Assembly (NCBI GenBank): GCA_043228905.1
Contig: JBHGNT010000021.1
Location: 12,276,001-12,340,000 of the forward strand
Reading direction: 5' to 3'
Source: Azolla caroliniana
Lineage: Eukaryota; Plantae; Polypodiophyta
DNA: 64,000 nt
Shown piece after piece: positions 13,528 through 23,335 of the stretch. The notes beneath the pieces were generated by a model, which did no database searches, was not told where the DNA came from, and worked only from the letters and a program-made list of their open reading frames with translations. Made by a program: the position numbers and the translations under genes. How positions within the stretch are numbered: position 1 is the first letter of the stretch; each line of letters begins with the position of its first letter.

Positions 13528-15654
13528 ATGAAAGGGTCGGATCTTGCAGAGGCCATGGCTTCGGCCGTGGATCGGATATTGAGCGCACGCGAGGGCTCCG
13601 GTGCCCTCGACAGAGCCATTGAGGCGGTCGTCGGTACAATCGGCCGGTTCAGCGGAAAGGATGCCACGAAGTATTTGGCGTCCTACGGGGAAGAAATGCT
13701 GATGCGGGACATTCCGGAAGAGAGGCGTCTTGCCAGGTTTCCTCGAGTGGCGATGCCGAGCATCCATGCGGAGGTGCTCGAGGTGCGGGCGGAGAGCCGT
13801 ACCTGGGAGGAGTTCGAAGGCCGACTCCTAGAAAAATACGGGCTGGACGACGCGCTCCGGCTTTCGAAACGGGACTTCATGGAATGGGTGGAGGCCCCCG
13901 GCAAGGGAAGAAACGTGACGGCACTCCTCAAGGAGTTCGAAGAACGCTTTGTGCGCCTTTCGACGCTTGATCGAACCGTTCTGGATACGAGCCGGGTCCT
14001 ACTGTTCGTCAAGTCGGTGGACGAGCGGGACCGGGATCAAGTCGGCTCCTTGCTGGAAACCGAGGACGGGCTGACAACCGACTGGGCAGCGGTTAAGAGA
14101 GTCTGTGGCCGTTTCGATAAACGGCGAGAATGGGCTGACAACGGGGCGGCCGGTGCGGACTCTATCACGGCAAGGAGGCTTGAACCGGCGCCGCAAGTGC
14201 GAAGGGAAGAAACCCGGGAATGGCTCGAAACCGGTCAGGCTTCGACCGGCATGGTCAATGGCTCGTCCGGAGGAGCAACGTTGGAGGAGTTGACGCGGGC
14301 GATAAAGGATCTCCACATCGCCCAGACTCGAAGGGAAGGCGGCGAACCGGCTCGTGACCGACGACCGGCAGCAGGGAACAGGTGCATGTGGTGCGACGAG
14401 GTCGGCCACATTCGGAAGGACTGCGGCGATTTCGTAGAGGCGTTGAGGAACCGGGTGGTGTACCTGTGGGAAGGCCGGGTGCACGCCGGCGACACCAGGA
14501 GGGCCCTGAACCGAAACGACGGGCGAGGAGGAATGAAGAGACTGATGGAAGAGGCAGCGGCCCGACACGTGGAGGCCATCCACTACTCGGCGTCGGTCGG
14601 CATTCGGGTCGGGGGCAGCGAGGCCCGAAAGGAGGGCAAAGACGGATTCTGGTCGGCAATGCTGGAAGGTCTTGCCGGCGCACGGCTAAGGAAAGATGAA
14701 ACGGACCGTGTTGAGAGACGGGTCCGGGAAATAACCGGGTGGAGCGATCCGGTCGAGGAGAAGACGGGCTTCGTAGAAGCCGCCTGCCGGAACTACGAGG
14801 CTCTGGTAGAAGACAAGCGAGTGGGGAAAGTCAGAGCGGTCGGGCCCTCACAACGATACGAGACCCCATTCGGGCAACGACGGAACGATGCCGGTGGGTC
14901 CAGCTCGCAAGATAACCCCAGTAAGGGCGGATACCGACTGGGGACGGAAATAGAAAGGACTACGGACCTACGAAAGGTCCTGGAAGAACGGATCCTCGAC
15001 AGCAAAGTGGAGCTGTCATTACGGGAGGTGCTAGGGATCACCAAGAAGGAGTTCCACGACTCCATTGTGGACTTGGTGAAACGGAAGAGGCTGTCGACGG
15101 AGACGGAACCGGAAAGACCGGTGGAGGTGTGGACAACGCACATCGACGACATGGCGATGGAAGACGAGTGGGCGGAGAGCCACTATTCGAGGCCACACTG
15201 GGCCCGAGCGACCACGGAGACCCCGGTAAAGATCGGAGATGTTCAGGAACCGGTGGTGGCATTGGTGGACCACGGTTCGGAAATAAACCTGATGTCCATG
15301 GACTTCTATAAGAAGGGGAAGTGGCCGATCAACACCAAGCACGGGTGGAAGATACGGGCGGCGACGTGCGCCACCGAGGAACTGCATGGGGCCTGCCCGA
15401 ACGTGCGAGTCAAGATCGGCGACGTCGAGGTTGACCAGCACTTCTTCGTACAGGAGACGTCCTCGCACCCGGTCATATTAGGGGAACCATACATCACGGC
15501 GGCGCGAATGGAGACCAAGGTGCTGGACAACGGTTTGGCCTACGCGAGGGTCAAAAGCCAGGACGGGTGCCATTCGGTCCAATTTCTAACGGTGCGACCG
15601 AACCACGAGCGAAACCGCGAATCCCTCGGTGGCGAGAACCAGGAGGATTTTTAG
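13528..15654 (+). CDS. Gag-protease ORF of A1
   Basis: Open frame with zinc knuckle CMWCDEVGHIRKDC, aspartic protease ALVDHGSEIN and VILGEP; ends GAT TTT TAG; start codon could also be 13501. Confidence 0.85.
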   Translation: MKGSDLAEAMASAVDRILSAREGSGALDRAIEAVVGTIGRFSGKDATKYLASYGEEMLMRDIPEERRLARFPRVAMPSIHAEVLEVRAESRTWEEFEGRLLEKYGLDDALRLSKRDFMEWVEAPGKGRNVTALLKEFEERFVRLSTLDRTVLDTSRVLLFVKSVDERDRDQVGSLLETEDGLTTDWAAVKRVCGRFDKRREWADNGAAGADSITARRLEPAPQVRREETREWLETGQASTGMVNGSSGGATLEELTRAIKDLHIAQTRREGGEPARDRRPAAGNRCMWCDEVGHIRKDCGDFVEALRNRVVYLWEGRVHAGDTRRALNRNDGRGGMKRLMEEAAARHVEAIHYSASVGIRVGGSEARKEGKDGFWSAMLEGLAGARLRKDETDRVERRVREITGWSDPVEEKTGFVEAACRNYEALVEDKRVGKVRAVGPSQRYETPFGQRRNDAGGSSSQDNPSKGGYRLGTEIERTTDLRKVLEERILDSKVELSLREVLGITKKEFHDSIVDLVKRKRLSTETEPERPVEVWTTHIDDMAMEDEWAESHYSRPHWARATTETPVKIGDVQEPVVALVDHGSEINLMSMDFYKKGKWPINTKHGWKIRAATCATEELHGACPNVRVKIGDVEVDQHFFVQETSSHPVILGEPYITAARMETKVLDNGLAYARVKSQDGCHSVQFLTVRPNHERNRESLGGENQEDF

Positions 15655-18206
15655 AGAGGGCTGCCAAGGCGTGGGGCCGAGACAGTCCGGACACTCGGGA
15701 AAGTCCCCACGACTGTACGATAGGTAGGGGATTTTGCTTCTCCGACAATGGAGGGTGTATGATAGTCGGCATCGTCGGCCGAGAAAAGACAAGGGCAGAA
15801 GTACGACTTCGAGCGTGCGGAGTTCTCGGCCCGGACGAGGAAATCAGCGGAGCCGTGGAGGCGGTCTCCTTCGACGACACCTTGGGAATGCTGAGGAAGG
15901 TAGCCAGAGAAGACCTTAACGAAGACCGGACGATACCGGTATGTTCCGAAGAGATGTACGAAGTCATCGCGAACTTCAGTCGGGGGCTCGGGTTGGATCG
16001 GACGGCCCGAGTTAGCACGAGGTACAAGACTGTGGACCGGAAGGTAAGGCCAGTCGCGGCACCCTTGCCGGAGGGCAACGAGTCCTGAATCAGAGGGGTG
16101 GCGTCGGACCCCAGTTTACGAGATCCGGCCTGCATAGGACACACCTTCACCGACGGAACGCACCGGGAGCTCAAAATCGGTGGGGGCGGGTTCCTACTGC
16201 CGGCGGAGGAAGACCGGTTTCGGAGAATGCTCGGAAGGCACGGGAAAGCCTTTGCATTCTCACTGGAAGAGATCAGGTGCATAGACCCGACGATCGTGGA
16301 GCCGATGCTGATATTCACGGTACCGCATGTACCGTGGAATCTCAAGCCGATTCCAGTACTGAGAGCTCACATCCCGAAGTTGATGGAGCTATTGAGGCAG
16401 AAAGTCGATATGGGTATTCTCGAACCGTCGAGCGCGCCATACTCGAACCGATGGTTTACCGTACCAAAGAAAAACGGAACATTGCGCTTCATTCAGGACC
16501 CACAGCCGGTCAACAGAGTGACCATCCGGAACGCAGGAATCGGACCGACCATAGACGAGTTCGTGGAGGCCTTCGCCGGAAGGTCGATTTACTCGGTCGG
16601 TGATCTATACTCGGGGTACGACCAGTTCCAGCTAGCCGTGGAGAGCAGAGACATTACGACGATGCGAACTCCCCTCGGCCTAGTGCGAATGGGTACCCTG
16701 CCACAAGGAGGGACCAACTCGGTGGCCCACATGGTGAATGCAATGAACAAAGTACTGAGGGATTGCATCCCGGACATCACCATGCCGTTTCTAGACGACA
16801 TCCCCATCAAGGGGTGCCCGGTGGAAGAGAAGGACGAGACACTCGGGCCGGACGGATGCCGGCGATTCATAGCAACACACATTGACGACTGCGAGAAGGT
16901 GCTACAAAGGCTAGTGGATGCGAGGCTCACCTTCTCCGGGGAGAAATCGGCCTTCGGGCAATCAGAAATCCTGGTGGTCGGGCATCTATGTGGACCATAT
17001 GGCCGGAAGCCGTCTCCGGCAAAGGTAGAAGCCATCTCCGCGATGAAGACCGACTGTAGCTCGGTTACGGAAGTTCGGAGGTTCCTGGGGGCATGCGCGT
17101 TCTACCACATATGGATCCCCCATTACGCCCACGTTGCGGAGCCACTATACGGGTTGCTTAAGAAGGGGCAAAGATTCGAGTGGCGAGACAAGCACACGGA
17201 GTCGGGCCGGAAGCTGAAGGAAGCTCTTGCGGCAGCACCGGCGCTCCGGAAGGCTGTCTACGAGAAGGGTACCCCGGTATACATAACGGTGGATACGAGC
17301 CCGACCGGGATCGGATGGGTCGTCAACCAAGAAGACGAGGACGGCACCCGGTTCCCGATCCGATTCGGCGCTAAGGTCCTCAGTGAGGTACGCCCAGGTT
17401 AAACGCGAACTTTGGGGTATCGTTTCGGTGGTAAAGGCGGACAAAGACTACCTGATCGGGACAGAAGTGATTATCGAGACGGATTGCCTGCCGATTCTCG
17501 GCATGGTTTCCGGATGCGCGACACCGGACCTGGCGATGCTCAGGTGGATAGCGTACATCAAGTCCCTGGACCCGGAGATAAGACACATTTCCGGAAAGGA
17601 CAACGCCATGGCCGACATGCTTTCGAGGGCGAGGTTTGATGACGAGGGCGGCATGGTTTCGAAGGACGAAGAAGTCGGCGTGGACTTCTTCGAGGCGGCG
17701 TACGTGACGACCGATGGGGCGAGCACTCCGGCACTTAACGGCTTCGACGAGAGCAAGCACGACGGCGAGTGGCTGCAGATCGGTGGGTTTCTGAGGACAA
17801 TGACGCCGGATGCGTCATGGACGAGGGACGAGGCCAACCGGATCCGAAAGAAAGCATACCGATTCTTCCTCCGGGACGGACACTTATGGAAGCACCCGAA
17901 GAAGAGGAACGGCGTCCCGCTCCGGGTGGTGGCGATGAAGGAAGAACAGGAAGAGCTGTTGACGGCCTACCACGACAGCCCTTGGGCTGGACACCGTGGA
18001 ACGTGGGCCACGTTCGAGAAGATAAAGGAGAAGTACTGGTGGCCGGTGTCATGAAGACATACATCTTGGCTTATCATGACATTCATCTTGGCGAACCAGG
18101 AATCGAACCCATAACCTCTTGGTTTACATATTGTACTTTAACCATTGTAATAACATATGTGAGATGTAATCATAATAATTATATGTTTAGTTATTACGAG
18201 ATATTT

Positions 18207-18310
18207 AGAACATTCTAGATTATTCTAGAATGTTCTTGAATATTTCATGATTATATTTATTATTATTATTATTCATAAATATCTAAAATATTCTAGAACA
18301 TTCTAGAATA
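18207..18310 (+). promoter_or_regulatory. Heat-shock element arrays upstream of the LTR TATA box (18324)
   Basis: GAAcaTTCtaGAttaTTCtaGAAtgTTCttGAA (18208-18240) and TTCtaGAAcaTTCtaGAA (18291-18308); nGAAn inverted pentamers in register. Confidence 0.75.
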
Positions 18311-18597
18311 CTCCATAAGGGCCTATAAATAAGAGTCCATACACTCATCACAACTCATTCGGTTCAACACCAGTCTTTAGCCCTTAGCCTACTCCTTGTA
18401 ATCTTCTTTCTCATAATATAATCGCATTCCCATTTCTTATCTCTCACTTATACTTTTCTCTCTCTCGCACTCTCTCCCTCTTTCACTCTCTTTCTATCAC
18501 TATCGCTATCTCTACCGCTCTCGCCATCTCTATCGTTATCGTTATCTCTATCGCCATCGCTCTCTCTCTCTGCTTCCTACTCAAGAGTCACGACAGT

Positions 18598-18608
18598 TTG
18601 AACCGAAT
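18598..18608 (+). promoter_or_regulatory. Self-priming PBS (Tf1 type)
   Basis: TTGAACCGAAT is complementary to LTR 18357-18367 ATTCGGTTCAA, ~33 nt downstream of TATA; no TGG tRNA-type PBS. Confidence 0.85.
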
Positions 18609-18680
18609 ATTTCTTTTCCCTTTCCCCAATAACTCTAGCAAGCTTTCTTCTTTATCCTTCTTTCTTTTTCCCCCGCGGTT

Positions 18681-19808
18681 ATGGAGTCGGTCAGCAAGCA
18701 AGAGTATATGCGTGTCCTTTCGGAGCTCGATATGCTCACCACTAAGTTTGTGGCATTAGAGCAAGAAAATCAAAGGCTACTCGGGGATCTTCAACAAGTC
18801 AGTACTGAGAAAGCTCATCAATATGAGGAGTTATCACAACGGGTTCATCAACTTGAGGCTACTATATTAACATTACGAGAACAAGCGGCGGGGGTTCAAA
18901 ACTCCCCAAGGGAACCAAAGATTAGCCTCCCTGCCAAGTTTGATGGTACCAGATCTCTCTTTCGAGGTTTCCTGAATCAAGTTCGTTTGGTGATTCAGTT
19001 ACATCCCAATCGGTATCCAACTGATGCTGCCCGTGTGGGATTAATAGGAACCTTGCTAAGCGGTACAGCGTTAGCATGGTTTGCACCACTTCTTGAGAAG
19101 AAATCACCATTACTGGAGGATTTCGAGGCATTCGTTAAGGAGTTTCAAGCTAGTTTTGGAGATACGGATAGCACTAGGACTGCAATAAACAAGATTCGAA
19201 GACTCCGACAAGGAGATCGTCCCGCTTCAGCTTATGCCGCAGATTTCCGTCTCTTGGCATGCGACATCCCTTGGGATGAGGCAGCCTTAATGGATCAATT
19301 CCGTCAGGGTTTGCGTAACGATGTCAAAGATCTTCTTCTTACTTTCCATGAAGATCCAAAGTCTCTTACTGAAGCTATTAGCCGAGCTGTGCGATGTGAT
19401 AATCGCCTATTTGAGCGACGTTCTGAACGTCAACAAATGTTACGCCGCCAACCGGAACAGACATACGCTTCTATAGTCGCCACACCGCCACAAGGTTCTA
19501 GACCCGTTACGAGGGATGGTCCCACTCCGATGGAAATAGAGTCGACACAACGTCGAGGGCCCTTATCAGATGCTGAGAAACAACGACGTCGGGCGCATCG
19601 CCTATGCCTCTACTGTGGTGGTCCAGGACATATAGCTGTGAATTGTCCACATAAACCCAGGCGTCAAGTTTACCAAGTAAGTGCACATGACAACCCTACA
19701 TCAAGTTCTACTATCACTTCTAATAACTTAAGTACTAAGCCTACTAGCCCATGCCATGAGAATAGATTTGATGTCTTGAGCCAATTAGAGGATGTGTTAA
19801 ACGAATAA
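18681..19808 (+). CDS. Gag (PEG10/Tf1-like capsid plus CCHC knuckle)
   Basis: 375 aa; EPKISLPAKFDG, CLYCGGPGHIAVNC. Confidence 0.95.
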   Translation: MESVSKQEYMRVLSELDMLTTKFVALEQENQRLLGDLQQVSTEKAHQYEELSQRVHQLEATILTLREQAAGVQNSPREPKISLPAKFDGTRSLFRGFLNQVRLVIQLHPNRYPTDAARVGLIGTLLSGTALAWFAPLLEKKSPLLEDFEAFVKEFQASFGDTDSTRTAINKIRRLRQGDRPASAYAADFRLLACDIPWDEAALMDQFRQGLRNDVKDLLLTFHEDPKSLTEAISRAVRCDNRLFERRSERQQMLRRQPEQTYASIVATPPQGSRPVTRDGPTPMEIESTQRRGPLSDAEKQRRRAHRLCLYCGGPGHIAVNCPHKPRRQVYQVSAHDNPTSSSTITSNNLSTKPTSPCHENRFDVLSQLEDVLNE

Positions 19809-22800
19809 GTCCGGCCAAAATAGGAGCCATTTGGTTGGACCATCCTAGTTATGTAGAGTCAGTACCTAGTTGTGGTTCCATTTCATCAAATCAAGTTAGT
19901 AGAGTTTTTTCTGCACAAGTCGAGCTTAGCACATCTACAGGTCATCGCGCCCTAGCCTCTGCCCTCCTAGATTCCGGAGCCAATTCTTGTTTCATGGATC
20001 GCGAGTTTGCATTGACTCAAAACATCATCTTGAAAAAACTCCCAAACCCAGTAGCTGTAGGAGTCATCGATGGTCGCCCTATAGCATCAGGAGATATAGT
20101 CGAAGAGTCTGAACCAATTCGTGTAGTCCTAGGTAATTTGGCTAGTGTCATCTCATTTAACATCATTAGTAGTCCGGAGCACTCTCTAGTTCTTGGTCTT
20201 CCTTGGTTTGAGTTACATAACCCAACCATTGATTGGAGAAAAAGAACTATTGAAGAGGTCACCGTACAATCCAAGTCTCTTGAAGCTCCAACTAAGGATC
20301 TAGGATCCCCCACAATTTCAACAATCTCTATACATCAATTACGAGAGGATGGAAGAAAGGAAGACATGATGGTATTTGCGGTTTTAGCAACTCCCTCATC
20401 TAGCTCACAAGAATTGGGGGTCCAACTACCAAAGAAGTACATAGAATTCTCCGATGTGTTCGATAAGGTGAAGGCTAATAGACTACCAGAGCATCGACCA
20501 TATGATTGCCCAATTGATTTGCAGCCAGGAAAAGAGCCTCCATGGGGACCAATTTATAATCTTTCGCCCACGGAGTTAGAGGTTCTTCGAGAATATATCA
20601 ATGAGAACTTGGCAAATGGTTTTATCCAACATTCAAAATCTCCTGCTGGTGCACCCATCTTTTTCGTTAAGAAGAAAGATGGTACGCTTCGTATGGTCGT
20701 GGATTATCGAGGCTTGAATAAAGTGACCGTTAGAAACCGATATGCTCTCCCATTGATCTCAAGCCTTCTAGAACGCCTCAGTGAAGCAAAGTATTTCACG
20801 AAGTTAGATCTTCGAGGTGCCTACAACCTTGTTCGAATTCGTCCTGGGGATGAATGGAAGACGGCGTTCCGCACTCGCTATGGTCATTTTGAGTACACAG
20901 TGATGCCTTTTGGCCTCACGAATGCACCAGCAGTCTTCCAACATATGGCGAATGATATTTTTCGAGACTTCCTCGATATCTTCATCATTGTTTACCTGGA
21001 TGATATCTTGATCTACTCAAAAACTCAAGAAGAACATGATATACATGTTCGCCAAGTTTTACAACGGCTACGAGAGTATGGTCTCTATGCAAAATTGGAG
21101 AAGTGTAGTTTCGACCAACGTCAAGTGGAGTTTTTGGGGTACATAGTCTCTTCAAATGGCATCTCTATGGATCCATCAAAGGTTCAAACAATTTTGGATT
21201 GGCAAACACCACAGTCCGTGCGAGATGTGCAATGTTTTTTGGGGTTCGCAAACTTTTATCGCAAGTTCATCAAAGACTATTCAAAAATTGTGTTGCCCCT
21301 CACTCAACTGACGCACAAGAATCGATCATTTGTATGGAGTATAGATGCGAACTCTGCATTTGAGGGTTTAAAGCAAGCATTTACATCCGCACCAATCTTA
21401 ATCCATGTCGATCCAATGAGGCGCTTTATACTTGAAGCTGATGCATCGGATTTCGCACTCGGAAGTGTACTATCCCAAATTGGTGATGATGGTGAACTGC
21501 ACCCGGTGGCTTTTCACTCACGAAAATTTGAAGCCGCAGAAATCAACTATGAGATTCACGACAAAGAGCTTCTTGCCATTGTGGATTCTTTTCAACAATG
21601 GCGTCATTTTCTGGAGGGTTCTTCTCAGCAGATTATTGTCTACAATGATCATAAAAATCTAACATACTTTCAAAGTGCTCGAGTCTTGAATCGACGACAA
21701 GCTCGTTGGGCGCAGTTCTTAACTCGTTTCGATTTTGTAATTCTATATCGCCCTGGGATGCAACAAGGAAAAGCAGATGCTTTATCTAGACGTTCGTATA
21801 TGGAACTTCAACCTGGAGAGGCCGCATTTGAAAGCCAAAAGCAAATCCTCTTAGGTCCTGATCGTCTACGAATAATGGCAATGCATACCATCAACACACC
21901 GGGAGATTCAAGGCTTCTTGATTCCATTCGTGAGCAGATTGCGACTGATGCGTTCGCCCAAGAGGTTTTGAGCCATATTATCCCAAATCGTGCATCTAGC
22001 TCCCAAACTCAAAATCCTCGTCTAGACTACACCCAGTTTAGTTGGCATGATGGGTTACTTTTTCGACAAACTCTCTTGTATGTGCCTGACGGTCCTTCTC
22101 GACTCAAAGTCATGCAACAATGTCATGACACACCAATGGCGGGACACTTCGGCATCCACAAGACTTTTGAGTTGATTTCTCGCCGATATTGGTGGCCACG
22201 GCTTCGCCATTTTGTTACGGATTATGTTCGTAGCTGTGATACATGTTGCCGATCAAAAAAGCCTCGACATCATCCATATGGCTTATTACAGCCAATGCCT
22301 ATTCCGGAGAGCCCATGGAAATCTATTTCCTTGGACTTTATTACGGATCTTCCACCTTCCAAGGGATTTGATTCGATTCTCACGGTTGTCGATCGTTTTA
22401 CGAAGATGGCACATTTCCTTCCATGCACAAAGACCATTGCTAGTCAAGAGACAGCTGATTTACTCATGCGGGAGGTGTTTCGCCATCATGGTCTTCCGGA
22501 TGATATTATCAGTGATCGGGGTCCCCAATTCATCTCGAAATTTTGGCGGCACATGTTCAGACTCTTACATACTTCTTGTAAACTCTCTTCCGGCTACCAT
22601 CCAGAGACTAATGGGCAGAGTGAGCGCACCAACCAAACAGTCGAGCAATATCTACGTTGTTTTGTCAACTATCAACAAGATGATTGGGTGGATTTACTAC
22701 CTTTGGCAGAATTTGCTTATAACAACTCCGAGCATTCTTCTACTGGATATTCCCCATTTTTTGCAAACATTGGGTACCATCCTCGTTGGACGATGCTTGA

Positions 22801-23335
22801 ACATCCTGAACTCCCAAAAAACCCAGCTGCTGAAGATCGGCTCACTCGACTCCAAGAAGTTCAGGATATGCTTTTGCATCATTTATGTGAAGCCCAAAAC
22901 ACTCAAAAGAAGATTGCTGACCGTCATCGGCGTGATTCATCGACTACATTTCAAGTAGGCGATCGTGTATGGCTCTTACAAGGTAGCATTAAAACGACCC
23001 GACCTTGCTACAAATTGGATTATCAACGTTTTGGCCCATATGTCATAAGTGGTAAGATCAATGATGTGACATTTCGTCTTGATCTTCCTCCTCATATGCG
23101 TCTTCACCCGGTCTTCCATGTTTCACTTTTGGAGCCTTACACAACGAGCTCTATTCCGGGTCGTGTTACACCTCCCCCACCTCCAATTGACGTTTCCAAT
23201 GGCTCTGAATATGAGGTTGCCGCTATCCTCGACTCCAAGATCATTCGCAACAAACTATACTACTTGGTTGATTGGTTAGGCTATACACCTAATGATCGAA
23301 CATGGGAGCCAGACATACATCTTGGCTTATCATGA
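19772..23335 (+). CDS. Pol (PR-RT-RH-IN, truncated chromodomain), probably expressed by -1 frameshift from gag
   Basis: LLDSGAN, YLDD, DASD/YEIHDKELLAI, HHCC and DDE integrase, EYEVAAIL..YLVDWLGY..TWEP; frame open from 19772 and overlaps the gag end. Confidence 0.93.
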   Translation, partial: CLEPIRGCVKRISPAKIGAIWLDHPSYVESVPSCGSISSNQVSRVFSAQVELSTSTGHRALASALLDSGANSCFMDREFALTQNIILKKLPNPVAVGVIDGRPIASGDIVEESEPIRVVLGNLASVISFNIISSPEHSLVLGLPWFELHNPTIDWRKRTIEEVTVQSKSLEAPTKDLGSPTISTISIHQLREDGRKEDMMVFAVLATPSSSSQELGVQLPKKYIEFSDVFDKVKANRLPEHRPYDCPIDLQPGKEPPWGPIYNLSPTELEVLREYINENLANGFIQHSKSPAGAPIFFVKKKDGTLRMVVDYRGLNKVTVRNRYALPLISSLLERLSEAKYFTKLDLRGAYNLVRIRPGDEWKTAFRTRYGHFEYTVMPFGLTNAPAVFQHMANDIFRDFLDIFIIVYLDDILIYSKTQEEHDIHVRQVLQRLREYGLYAKLEKCSFDQRQVEFLGYIVSSNGISMDPSKVQTILDWQTPQSVRDVQCFLGFANFYRKFIKDYSKIVLPLTQLTHKNRSFVWSIDANSAFEGLKQAFTSAPILIHVDPMRRFILEADASDFALGSVLSQIGDDGELHPVAFHSRKFEAAEINYEIHDKELLAIVDSFQQWRHFLEGSSQQIIVYNDHKNLTYFQSARVLNRRQARWAQFLTRFDFVILYRPGMQQGKADALSRRSYMELQPGEAAFESQKQILLGPDRLRIMAMHTINTPGDSRLLDSIREQIATDAFAQEVLSHIIPNRASSSQTQNPRLDYTQFSWHDGLLFRQTLLYVPDGPSRLKVMQQCHDTPMAGHFGIHKTFELISRRYWWPRLRHFVTDYVRSCDTCCRSKKPRHHPYGLLQPMPIPESPWKSISLDFITDLPPSKGFDSILTVVDRFTKMAHFLPCTKTIASQETADLLMREVFRHHGLPDDIISDRGPQFISKFWRHMFRLLHTSCKLSSGYHPETNGQSERTNQTVEQYLRCFVNYQQDDWVDLLPLAEFAYNNSEHSSTGYSPFFANIGYHPRWTMLEHPELPKNPAAEDRLTRLQEVQDMLLHHLCEAQNTQKKIADRHRRDSSTTFQVGDRVWLLQGSIKTTRPCYKLDYQRFGPYVISGKINDVTFRLDLPPHMRLHPVFHVSLLEPYTTSSIPGRVTPPPPPIDVSNGSEYEVAAILDSKIIRNKLYYLVDWLGYTPNDRTWEPDIHLGLS

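Noticed and set aside
18086-18155. Calling a real tRNA gene in the LTR
   Set aside because: Acceptor and anticodon stems do not form properly; reported only as a tRNA-like promoter module
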